A DNA stretch of 64,000 bases, from positions 27,652,001 through 27,716,000 of the forward strand of contig NC_042998.1 of NCBI RefSeq assembly GCF_006345805.1. The letters run 5' to 3'. The notes under the pieces were generated by a model. The model was not told the origin of the DNA, did no database searches, and was given only the letters and a program-made list of their open reading frames with translations. This document shows, in pieces, positions 25,079 to 36,093 of the stretch (the stretch's first letter is position 1; each line of letters starts with the position of its first letter). A program made the position numbers and the translations under genes. The DNA is from Octopus sinensis. Its lineage: Eukaryota.

Positions 25079-26737
25079 ATGGCCAATAATTTTCAAAAAC
25101 GCCGCTGGGTTGAAAATGAAATTACTGCAATGATTAACGCTTGGTTCATCCATCACAACGAAGCTAATGTTTATAGTAAAACTAGCAGTATCGCCCGGCG
25201 TTGCTCGGGTTTGTAAGGGAAATAACTATAAAGCATTTTTAGAGAGTTATAGCCAAAAAATAGCAAAAAAATGGAAAAATAATTATGGTAAATTTTTTTT
25301 GAGAGTAAAAAAAGTTTGAGTTGCGTCCCCTAGACAGTCTGTGGTTTATTTTTTTTGATTCTCGACCCCATGTCGAATTTATCGATTTTTTTCAGAACTG
25401 AGGGAACTTTTCAAAATTTTCGCTGCGTTAGTTTTGAATTATGACATTGGGCTATGTGTGTGTCAAGTTTCATCAGAATCGGTTGAAAGCCGTGGTCAGG
25501 GTGAGGGTACGAGAAAACAGACACACAGAAAACGCACAGACAAACTGCCGTTTATATAGAGAGAGATAACTGAGGATTTAACGAAAAAATCCTTTCACAG
25601 ATCTGTAAAACAGATAGAAAATAAATTAAAAGAAATTGTTAGGATATTCCCTATTTTTCACGCGCACATGGCTACACTAAAAGCCATTCTTGCCAACGAA
25701 TCCAGTACACCAAATGACCAAATTCCAACAGGTCAGTGGTCACTTCAACAGCAACAATCAACTGACCTACTTCCATTGACATCAGCACCTGATGAACCAA
25801 GTCAAGTCTCACCTTCGCTACAGCAACAAAAACAACAACAACAACACTCTAATACTACCACTAGTCAAGTTCCAATGCTGCTACAACTCCCCACTACTGC
25901 CACAATAGGAAAACCACTACTACATCCGCGTAAAACCATCTGCCACTACTACTCTCAAGGCAGCTGCAGATTTGACCACATACTGGCAAGCCAGAACCCA
26001 CCATCACAAAATCAACAAGCTGCTTCTAACACCACCACCACCACCACCACCACTACTACTACTGCCAAAATAGAAAAACCACTACTACAACCAAATAAAA
26101 CCCCATGCCGTTACTATTCTAAAGGCACTTGTAGATTTGGCCCCAGCGGCACAAACAAAAATGGACGCTGTGCTTTTCCCCACCCGACCTTATGTCGTAG
26201 ACTTGCTATGGGCACCTGTCCATACGGTATAACAGGAAAAAATTGCCCCCCCTCCACCCCAAATACTGTCCTAAATACAGAATCTATGGTTCTGACCCTA
26301 ATACGGATGCATAAGAGGCAATGGATGCACCTTATTCCATCCTAAACTGTGCCAAACTTCTGTCTCACAAAGGATGTGCCTGAACCCAGAATGCAACAAC
26401 CACCATCTGAAGGGCACAAAACGATCACAGAATAGATATGAACAGGAACAGAGGAAATCTAGGACAACAACAAGAACAAAATACAACCACGTTTCCCCTC
26501 CTACAATCAAACTACGTAGACAGAACCAGGAAAAAAACACCAAATAACGCCAACTTGAAATATGTATCCTCTGACCAAGTGGCAAACCAAACAAGTAACT
26601 CTTTTTTACTGACATACCTGGAAAATATGAAGGCCGACCTAAGCCAGGAGATCCAGCGAGCCATCACCAACCATCTATGCAAATCACAAGGACCACTCAC
26701 CCATTACCAACTTCCCCTACCTCGACATTCCTGTTAA
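25079..26737 (+). pseudogene. LINE ORF1 (disrupted): Myb/SANT-like trihelix + Q/T linker + tandem CCCH zinc fingers + helical C-terminus
   Basis: Joining 25079-25181 to 25567 gives MANNFQKRRWVENEITAMINAWFIHHNEANVYSK-ITEDLTKKSFHRSVKQIENKLKEIV. Fingers: CRYYSKGTC..C AFPH, CRRLAMGTC..C P-LH, C..GCIRGNGCTLFH and CQTSVSQRMCLNPECNNHH. Frameshifts are inferred near 26250, 26300 and 26420-26540. Confidence 0.75.
25182..25566 (-). mobile_element. Non-autonomous Helitron, subfamily beta, inserted in LINE ORF1
   Basis: A|CTAG...GA|T junctions with no TSD. Near-identical to 35709-36093. Confidence 0.9.
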
Positions 26738-29685
26738 ATGTACGTGGCATCAACCCATCAATTATTGCCCCAAAATGGAAGATCCCATATATAGAGAGTT
26801 GGCTTGCCAAAATGGCACATTGCTTCCCTTTCTTTATCCTTACCGAGACTCACCTGAACAACACCCGTATGGACGCAGAGGTGAAAATAAAAGATTTCAC
26901 CATTGTTCGTGCGGATCGCACAGACCGAAATAAGGGAGGGACAGCCATCTTTATCCATGACTCCTTTTCACTTGATGCCAAGGACACATTTTCCAATGGC
27001 TACTGTGAATCGGTATCAGTATACAACAAAGCCAAGGACATAACCATTGTTGGTCTTTACAGGCCTCCACAGGCACCTCTAAAGTACTTTGAAGAGTGCC
27101 TTAGCAAAGTCAAGTCCTTCCTTCGGAAGTACCACTCCGGAAACATAATAGTGATGGGTGATTTTAACCTCCCTCATGTGAACTGGCCCACAAATACTCC
27201 GAAGTTGGGCAAGTGCTCTACATCAGATAGGGCAGCAGCAGAACTGCTCTTTAATCTGATGGATGAGTATTTCCTGACTCAGCTAGTGCTTGAACCAACG
27301 AGACAGAATAAAACGATCTTGGATCTGGTACTGACCAATCACTCTAGCTACGTTCACAGCATTTCAGTCGAAAAAACTCTCCTCTCAGACCACGACATGG
27401 TACTCTGCAATCTTAATTCCCGACGTATAAAAACCAAACCAGCCAATCCCACTCCATGGCACCCATTTGACAACATAAATTTCCACAAAGCGGACTGGGG
27501 AACAATCAGAAAGGATCTGTCTTCCATCGACTGGTCTTTTACTCTCAATTCCCCTCATATTGAGACCGCGTGGCAGCACTTTGAAACCATTGTCACCGAC
27601 ACATGCTCTAAACACGCTCCCAAGAAATCTACTAACACAAACAGAAACCGGCTCCCTAAAAAGAAAAAAAACACTCATCAGGCGCATCAAAAGACTCAAC
27701 AAAAAAATCAACCAATTAAAATATTCCCACACGCAACATCCACATTCAACAATAATGAAAAGACTAGAGCTGGAAAAACTTCATCTGCAGACTACATGAA
27801 AACCTCCATTGAAAATCAAAGAGCTGTGGAGGAACAATGGGTAATCAAAAACATCAAACAGAACCCAAAAGTGTTCTATTCTTATGCAAATAAGCATAGA
27901 ACCACTGTCTCACCTATTGGGCCATTGATTGATGAAAACGGCATTCCCCAACACGATGCTAAAGAAATGGCAGAAATACTGCAGAAACAATATTGCTCTG
28001 TCTTCAGTGTTCCCACTGATATTGTTGTGAGGGAAACGAACGAAGCTGACTCCCAACACAAAATCGCAGACATAACCTTCACTGCCACCGACATCGTAGC
28101 AGCAATAAATGAGGTCAAACATTACTCCGCTGTAGGCCCTGATAGATTTCCCGCCAGTCTCCTGAAGGAATGTAGATATCAACTTGCAGTCCCTCTGATC
28201 AACCTCTGGAGAAACTCGTTAGACGCAGGTTATATACCGAAAAAGTTTCTATCCCAGTCGGTCATCCCGGTTTTCAAACAGGGAAACAGATCCCTCGCAG
28301 TCAACTATCGCCCAATCTCACTCACCTCCCACATCATTAAAGTGTTTGAAAGAGTGTTAAGATCAAGGATAGCTGACTTCCTGGAGACCCACAAACTCCT
28401 AAATTCAAATCAACATGGCTTTCGCTGTGGCAGGGACTGTCTAACACAGCTCTTACACCACATTGAAGATGTACTCAAAGCCTTGGGAACAGGTTCGAAC
28501 TCTGACGTCATATACCTTGACTTCAGTAAAGCGTTCGACAGGGTAGACCATAACATCCTACTCTCAAAATTGGCAAATGTTGGAATCCGTGGAAAAGTTC
28601 TACACTGGATTCAGTATTTCCTAGCGAATAGAACACAACATGTTGTAGTTGATGGAGTCCACTCAAACCCAGCAAAAGTCACCAGCGGTGTTCCCCAGGG
28701 AACTGTTTTGGGTCCGCTACTCTTCATAATTTATGTAAACGACCTTTCCAGTGTCGTACATCACTGCAAAGTGAAAATATTCGCTGATGACACTAAGCTC
28801 CAGCAAATCGTCAATGAAGAAGCAGACCGAACTCAACTCCAGTCTGACCTATATGCTGTGAGTCAATGGGCAGACAGAAACAAAATGCAACTGAATGAGG
28901 GAAAATTTGAGCTGATGCATTTTGGAAGAAATTCCTCACTAAAGCAACCATACTCTCTTCCTTCAGGGGAACCGCTCACAGCCTCTAACAATATCAGAGA
29001 CCTGGGTGTAATTGTTGATGACGATCTCAGTTGGAGCGCACACATCAACAAGAAGGTCGATACAGCTCGTAGGATGAGTTCCTGGATCTTAAGAACTTTC
29101 CGGTCCAGAGAACAAGGTGTCATCATACCACTTTTTTCATCCTTTGTACGGCCACACCTTGAATACTGCTGCCCACTGTGGTCTCCTCACACAAGACAAA
29201 ACATCTCCAGAATTGAGTCACCCCAGAGGGCTCTCACTAAACAAATTGAAGGCATGGCTGCTCTCGACTATTGGGATCGCCTTAAAGCCTTGAAACTTTA
29301 CTCCCTCCAGCGTCGCCGTGAGCGGTACATCATTTGTACGATGTGGAAAATATACCGCCAACTTTGCCCAAACGACCTAAACATTAGCTTCAAGGTTCAT
29401 CCGAGACTTGGACCACGGGCTATACGTCCCCTGCCAAATTCAAGATCACAACATACATGTACACTGCAACATAATTTCTTTTCCTCAACAGGCCCTGCCC
29501 TATTTAACATTGTCCCGAGGGAGATCAAAGAGGAAAAGGATCCCATCAACTTCAAACAGAGTCTGGATAGATTCCTTCAAAGAATACCAGACAAGCCACC
29601 CATAATTGGATACAACTCACCCAACAAGAACTCACTACTTGAACAAAACTGGATACAACTCACCCAACAAGAACTCACTACTTGA
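26677..29685 (+). CDS. LINE ORF2: apurinic-like endonuclease + reverse transcriptase (1002 aa as read)
   Basis: Endonuclease motifs LNVRG, TETHL, LYRPP, GDFN, LDLV and SDH. RT motifs YRPISLTS, QHGFR, YLDFSKAFD, GVPQGTVLGPLLF, FADD, DLGV and LEYC. Confidence 0.95.
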   Translation: MQITRTTHPLPTSPTSTFLLNVRGINPSIIAPKWKIPYIESWLAKMAHCFPFFILTETHLNNTRMDAEVKIKDFTIVRADRTDRNKGGTAIFIHDSFSLDAKDTFSNGYCESVSVYNKAKDITIVGLYRPPQAPLKYFEECLSKVKSFLRKYHSGNIIVMGDFNLPHVNWPTNTPKLGKCSTSDRAAAELLFNLMDEYFLTQLVLEPTRQNKTILDLVLTNHSSYVHSISVEKTLLSDHDMVLCNLNSRRIKTKPANPTPWHPFDNINFHKADWGTIRKDLSSIDWSFTLNSPHIETAWQHFETIVTDTCSKHAPKKSTNTNRNRLPKKKKNTHQAHQKTQQKNQPIKIFPHATSTFNNNEKTRAGKTSSADYMKTSIENQRAVEEQWVIKNIKQNPKVFYSYANKHRTTVSPIGPLIDENGIPQHDAKEMAEILQKQYCSVFSVPTDIVVRETNEADSQHKIADITFTATDIVAAINEVKHYSAVGPDRFPASLLKECRYQLAVPLINLWRNSLDAGYIPKKFLSQSVIPVFKQGNRSLAVNYRPISLTSHIIKVFERVLRSRIADFLETHKLLNSNQHGFRCGRDCLTQLLHHIEDVLKALGTGSNSDVIYLDFSKAFDRVDHNILLSKLANVGIRGKVLHWIQYFLANRTQHVVVDGVHSNPAKVTSGVPQGTVLGPLLFIIYVNDLSSVVHHCKVKIFADDTKLQQIVNEEADRTQLQSDLYAVSQWADRNKMQLNEGKFELMHFGRNSSLKQPYSLPSGEPLTASNNIRDLGVIVDDDLSWSAHINKKVDTARRMSSWILRTFRSREQGVIIPLFSSFVRPHLEYCCPLWSPHTRQNISRIESPQRALTKQIEGMAALDYWDRLKALKLYSLQRRRERYIICTMWKIYRQLCPNDLNISFKVHPRLGPRAIRPLPNSRSQHTCTLQHNFFSSTGPALFNIVPREIKEEKDPINFKQSLDRFLQRIPDKPPIIGYNSPNKNSLLEQNWIQLTQQELTT

Positions 29686-29824
29686 ACAAAACTTGACTTA
29701 AACAGGATTCGAATAATCCTATCAGGTGGTGCTATTAAGTTAGACATGGCCTGGACCAATCTCTGGTCGAAACATATCTAAGTTTTATCTAAGTTTTATG
29801 CATATATTTATATATTATTTATAT

Positions 29825-30482
29825 TATTATATGATCGAACGCCACGCATCTTTTTCCAAGTAAGTTTTATCTTAATAATTACGATGCGCACTCTTCTTCT
29901 TTACTATCTCTTCTCTGTCTATCTCTCCCCCTTTCTTGTTCTTCATCCTTTCTGGTTTTCTCTCCCACTCTTCCCTATTCTTCTCGCCTCTTCACCGTTC
30001 CCTCTCTCTCACTCCTCCTCCTCCTCCGCGACTCTCTCGTCGCTGACACGTGACGAAAGATAATCTCTTTCTGCACACAACCTTCGTAAAGAAAAATAAC
30101 GTGCTTTTACTGTCTTCATAAGCTCGTCTTCCAAGCGTTCATAATTTTCTATCGTTTGTTTTTACTGTTTTGTTCTCACTGTCCTGTTTTTTTTTACTGT
30201 TTTGTTCTCACTGCCCACTTTCACCCTCCGCAAAAAATTCCAAATTTTATTTAATTTGCTTTGTGAGAAGGACTGTTTGAACGAAGTCGCGTCTTGTCCT
30301 TACCTTCGTAACGCTGAGTAGACGAAACAGGGACAACTGAAGAAGGGGAATATTCTTTATGTTGTATGTCCCGTTTCTCTGTTTTTTTTTCGTTGTTCGA
30401 GGGAAAGTTCGTTTCTATGTTTTTGTTTTTATGTTTTCGTTTCTCATTGTGTTCAGCGTTTTTTTGATGTCCTGTACCCATA
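29825..30482 (+). mobile_element. Unclassified interspersed repeat (possibly a Penelope-type terminal repeat)
   Basis: Shares CTTCACCGTT and CTCTCTCGT.GCT.ACACGT.AC with 42226-42600 (inverted). Its 3' ~50 bp are shared with 24490-24540. Confidence 0.55.
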
Positions 30483-30483
30483 T

Positions 30484-30553
30484 ATGCATGTATATATGCA
30501 TATATTTATATACTATTTATATTATATATATATATATAAATGTATGTATGTAT

Positions 30554-30628
<75 letters not shown>

Positions 30629-30651
30629 ATATAAATGTATGTATGTATATA

Positions 30652-30690
<39 letters not shown>
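30484..30690. repeat. (TA)n-rich microsatellite
   Basis: Direct reading of the sequence. Confidence 0.95.
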
Positions 30691-31049
30691 TATGAAACAA
30701 ATATAGAACGAATTAAAATGGTCGAGTAGATAAGAAGTCATCACTATTCTTAAATCATGCCACTAATTTTGTCTTACGTCACAGGTTTGGCTCTAAATTC
30801 TTGTTATTACATTTATCTCACATCAGAAGAGAAACGCACACAGAGACAAATAAAAGAGACAAAGACGCAGAAAATAAAAGAATGCTGAAGCAACGAGGAG
30901 GTAGCATATAATTTGGTGCTAAGAATTAATCTTCTCATATGGAAGTTAATTAGATTTAAGCAGAAATTGATGATATTGTGTAGAGAGATAAATTCATAGA
31001 TGAACCACAATAGAGACACAGTTTTGATCTCCAATTTGAAATGCATTAC

Positions 31050-31113
31050 TTCACTTGATTAATTCGAGTTACAAGCTCATATTCCTCTATCTTAGAACTA
31101 CGACGAATGAAAC
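31050..31113 (-). CDS. Candidate internal coding exon (phase 1 to 2)
   Basis: catttcgatttcccatag|GT TTC ATT CGT...CAA GTG AA|gtaatg, translating as (G)FIRRSSKIEEYELVTRINQV(K). Phase-compatible with both flanking candidate exons. Confidence 0.45.
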
Positions 31114-32445
31114 CTATGGGAAATCGAAATGTATTGTAATTGCTAATGTGCCGTTGGGTTACTAATAATCTCTTCTTCATGTTGTGCTTCTGAGTGAAGA
31201 CATCTTAGTGGAGCCCAAACACTGTCATTGTAAACGTATAGTGCGAAAATTAAATAAAGTTAAGTAGTTAGCAACAGATCTGATCTCGTATAGAGCTTGT
31301 TCTCTACTCTTTTTATTTACACTTATATACAAACTAGTTTGAAAGGGACAAAGATAAACAGTGTATCCCAATAAAATGTTTCTTATAATGCCAACGAGCA
31401 AGGGCTATTTGTTCAGTGAAGAACTGATGCAGTGAAATGTGTGGATTGTCGCTTAGTGTAACGAGAAGAAAATGGACAGAACAAGTGAGTGTGTGTGTGT
31501 GTGTGTGTGTGTTCGACCGTGTGTGTTTGTGTGTGCACGCACGCGTGGCTAAGAGAGCGAGAGAGAGGTAGGGGTGGGGGAGAAGACCAGATAATTCAAG
31601 ATAATTAGTGTTCGTAACAAAATGAGTAATTAAAGTCAAGATCAGTTTCATATTCTGAATTTAAATTTATACAAATCTTTTAATTTACATTTATGACCAT
31701 TTCTCGAAATTAAATTTCTTGAAATTGGCAAAATAGTGTTTCTAGTGAAAATTGTTTAAATACTTTTGAGGGAGGAAAACCTCCTCGCTTTTGCTGTATA
31801 AACGCGACAATAAATGTATTATGGATGAAAATAGTATAATTCTTTAAATTTTTTACACTGACACAAAGTCAATACTTCTTAGCTTGTAAATTAATACAGC
31901 TAACAACTATTTCTTACAATTATTGCTGAGAGATTCACTATATAATTTCTGATAAAGTAGGAACATAACACCAATTTAATGTATGACTCTGTCTCAGAAG
32001 TAACAGTACGCCTACCAAAAGTATATTCTGGTATTTATATGAAGCAAAATTCGACAACTTTTTGCGATATAATTTTCTTTGTATCGTTTATCAGAGTAAA
32101 TTTGGCGCAAATAGCAGGCAAAATGAAATTTGAAACTAAACCTTAAAGTGCACCTAGTCTCTTATTAAAGCAAAATTCATACATAATTGCATATATTACG
32201 CAGGGGCAAATGAAAAATTTCCTCCCCAGACAGAGAGGGTTATATCACTCGTCGAAGCATTTCGTATTATTGCTGTCATGCGGCAAGTAACCAAGGTATG
32301 ACGTAAAGAAGCAAAGATCAGTTACATATCTCAACTTCGTACGTGATTTAGTACATAACAATCACTACTGCTCATCAGTTGATCGATCTGATGACAGTAG
32401 AATTGGCAGTGTGATAAACTGCACAACCATTGGTATTAGCACAAT

Positions 32446-32659
32446 ACTCTTACTCTTTTACTTGTTTCAGTCAGTCGACTGTGGCCATGCTGGAGCACCG
32501 CCTTTAGTCGAGCAACTCGACCCCGGGACTTATTCTTTGTAAGCCCAGTACTTATTCTATCGGTCTCTTTTTGCCGAACCGCTAAGTGACGGGGACATAA
32601 ACACACCAGCATCGGTTGTCAAGCAATGCTAGGGGGGACAAACACAGACAAACAAAAAT

Positions 32660-32690
<31 letters not shown>

Positions 32691-32846
32691 CATATATACG
32701 ATGGGCTTCTTTCAGTTTCCGTCTACGAAATCCACTCACAAGGCTTTGGTCGGCCCGAGGCTGTAGTAGAAGACACTTGCCCAAGATGTCACACAGTGGG
32801 ACTGAACCCGGAACCATGTGGCTGGTAAGCAAGCTACTTACCACAG
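32446..32846 (-). mobile_element. SINE family A full length
   Basis: Consensus match. Confidence 0.9.
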
Positions 32847-33166
32847 TGTATTTTGTGAAAGCATAACGAACATCAGAGAGCCAGTTAACTTTGGAGTAAT
32901 ATCAACTGCCTTTTTTTCTCTTTATGAATATTGTTTTGTATTGAAAAGCACCCGTCAATTATTAGTCAGTTTTATGGTCTATCATCAATTGACAACTTAG
33001 GTATGTCTTGTAATAAACCAATTCAATTGATCTTTATATACCCAGTAAATCATCATCCAATCATCTCCAATATAAAGGAATAATTTTTTTTAACTCATGT
33101 ATCACTGCAACAATGCTATGTCGTGTACAAGATAAGGGAACTACAACGTACAAGATGTCCAATACC

Positions 33167-33398
33167 TATTTCTTTATTATCCACAAGGGGCTAAACACAG
33201 AGGGGACAAACAAGGACAGACATAGGTACTAAGTCGATTACATCGACCCCAGTGCGTAACTGGTACTTAATTTATCGACCCCGAAAGGATGAAAGGCAAA
33301 GTCGACCTCGGCGGAATTTGAAGTCACAACGTAACGCAGACGAAATACCGCTAAGCATTTCGCCCGGCGTGCTAACGTTTCTGCCAGCTCGCCGCCTT
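33167..33398 (-). mobile_element. SINE family B
   Basis: Near-consensus copy. Confidence 0.9.
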
Positions 33399-33400
33399 AT

Positions 33401-33492
33401 AAGATATCCAATACCGTACAAGATATCCAATACCGTACAAGATATCCAATACCGTACAAGATATCCAATACCGTACAAGATATCCAATACCG
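33401..33492. repeat. 19-bp minisatellite (AAGATATCCAATACCGTAC) x ~4.8
   Basis: Direct reading. One further unit lies left of the SINE at 33148-33166. Confidence 0.95.
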
Positions 33493-34714
33493 CGATGGTT
33501 TTAATCAATTCTGTTGGAATAACAGAGACACAATGTCTCAATAACATGTTGTAACCCACTTAAGGAGATTTTGAAACTTGAATTACTGAAGTCCATGGAA
33601 TGAGTCGATCCTCGTTCTTCTGTGATCAAAAGCATTCATCAGTTCTATTAGATGTAGTGACATCGTTTCCAAGAATACTTGACCTGGGATATTTCAGAGG
33701 AAAGTACATATATAATTGAACTATACCAATATATCACAGATACATATTTATTAAACAAAGTGGGATGAAAGACTACGTCAACGCCGGTAGGATTCAAACC
33801 TGACTGAAAGGTGAGAAGGTGCATACCGTTTGATCACCGGTTTGGTTAGAGTTAAAGAACAACAACAATTTGAATAATAAATGTAAATTAATTTAATGCA
33901 GATACAGTAATAGAGTTATTGTTCATCAATACGGTCCATTATTTATGCTCGAGAGGTCAAAGGAAACAAACAGCGATTTTCACAAACTTAGCAAGCCAGG
34001 CGTAAACAAACCAACTACATAAAACATATCGTCATATTTGACTACCTCCTTAATCTGGAAGGCATAGAAATTTAAAGTGCTTTCCGGAGAATAGTTTTAT
34101 GAATTATAAAAATGGGAAAAAATGGTTACAGAGTGTAAGAATTAGAAGTTTTGGCTGTAGTTCTCTATACGATTTTGTATAAAAAGAACATCTTCACTAT
34201 CATCGTCATTAAATAGGAGCAACACAACAGTTGCTGTAGCCAAGTTCTTGACATTTCGACAATTAATCAGTTTATCAATCAGTTCAAATTCATTTAGTTT
34301 TGCTGTAAGCACAAGGCTACGTATTAATTAGGGAGGGAGATGAGACAACACAAAATACATGTCTCTCTCAAAATCATTGTGAACTCAAATGGCTATAGAT
34401 AAGTTTTAATCCATGCTGATTTGTAGACATAGTAGAAAATCTTCCCGCTATTGGTGTTCACAAACTACAATTTCTAATATCAATTTCATTTGATTAGTTA
34501 CAGGTCGATCTGTAATGACTGGGGTCAAATAAATGGACGTCATTTCTCAAGTATATCGTTGGCGCCTCATTCATTAAAGAGAACCAAATCAAATTCAAAA
34601 GCAATACGAACTCAATATTAAGAGGTTCGAAAGTAAAGGCTATGCAGCGAAATCCTTCTAAATCCTTAATTGGACTTTTACAGTCTCCACAAAGCGCTAC
34701 GAACATTTAATATA

Positions 34715-35078
34715 TTTCTTTTACTTGTCTCAGTCATTTGACTACGGCCATGCTGGAGCACCGCCTTTAGTCGAGCAGATCGAACCCAGAGCTTATTCTC
34801 TGTAAGCCTAGTACTTATTCTATCGGTCTCTTTTGCCGAACCGCTAAGTTACGGGGACATAAACACACCAGCATCGGTTGTCAAGCGATGTTAGGGGGAC
34901 AAACACAGACACATAAGCATACACGCACACGCATATATATATATATACATATACGACGGGCTTTTTCCAGTTTTCGTCTACGAAATCCACCCACAAGGCT
35001 TCGGTCGGCAATGGGACTGAACCCATGACCATGTGGTTAGTAAGCAAGCTACTTACCACACAGCCACACCTGCGCCTA
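34715..35078 (-). mobile_element. SINE family A (internal deletion)
   Basis: Consensus match. Confidence 0.85.
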
Positions 35079-35708
35079 TAATTAACTTTCTAATGTTAAA
35101 TGTTTTTAATGACTTTATCAGACGATAAAAAATGGCGTCCATGAACATTTTAAAGGTCTCTACATAGGACTTGGTCTTTGGTCTAAGGATAATATCTTCC
35201 TTCCTCCTACAAGTCTTAGAGACTTTTAAAATGCTCATGGACGCATACTCCTCTAATGTACTCCAAGAGCTAGGTTATGGTATTGAAACTAACAACGGAT
35301 TAAGTGTACTGTTTAAGAACACTGGTACACTTAATCCGACGGACTTCCAGTTTCTGCTAAGTAAATTTCATTTACAAGAATTTTAATCGACTTGATGTTT
35401 TGGCATAAAATACTTGTTGAAGGTACTGTGCAGAGATATCGAACCTGAAACAAAGCGTTTTAGACCCTCAGCCATGCACACAAAAGAAAGAAAAAAAATG
35501 ATTACTAGCGTGAATGATGGATAAACCTGAGATTGAAAGCTGGAAAGGACGAAAATCGTAGCTCTCACTTCTCATGATTTCAAATATCCTTTATGTCTAA
35601 TATCTTCAAAGTTAGTGTCAGAATTAATCAGTTATTACTAAATTCAATTGACATAACGTTTCTAACAGTCAGGATGATTGAAACAGAATATTTTCTGTTT
35701 ATTTAGTA

Positions 35709-36093
35709 CTAGCAGTATCGCCCGGCGTTGCTCAGGTTTGTAAGGGAAATAACTATAAAGCATTTTTAGAGAGTTATAGCCAAAAATAGCAAAAAAATGG
35801 AAAAAAATGATGGTAAATTTTTTTTTTAGTTAAAAAAGGTGGAGTTGCGTCCCCTAGACAGTTTGCGGTTTGTGTTTCTGATTCTCGACCCCATGTCGAA
35901 TTTATCGATTTTTTTCAGAACTGGGGTAACTTTTCAAAATTTTCGCTGCGTTAGTTTTGAATTATGACATTGAGCTATGTGTGTGTCAAGTTTCATCAGA
36001 ATCGGTTGAAAGCCGTGGTCAGGGTGAGGGTACAAGCAAACAGACACACAGAAACACGCACAGACAAACTGCCGTTTATATATAGAGAGAAGA
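35709..36093 (-). mobile_element. Non-autonomous Helitron, subfamily beta
   Basis: Termini as in 25182-25566. Confidence 0.85.

Larger units (their letters stand above)
24597..29797 (+). mobile_element. Near full-length CR1/L2-group LINE (5' boundary approximate)
   Basis: Putative ~480-bp 5' UTR, split ORF1, overlapping ORF2, 3' hairpin GACCA-atctc-TGGTC and terminal (ATCTAAGTTTT)2 repeat. No C-terminal CCHC or RNase H is seen. Confidence 0.88.

Noticed and set aside
30828-30901. Plus-strand exon-like segment (RETHTETNKRDKDAENKRMLKQRG)
   Set aside because: It is low-complexity and purine-rich, has a weak donor, and has no partner exons.
33401-33492. Regular 19-bp repeats as a possible CRISPR array
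   Set aside because: The units are contiguous with no spacers, in a eukaryotic context.
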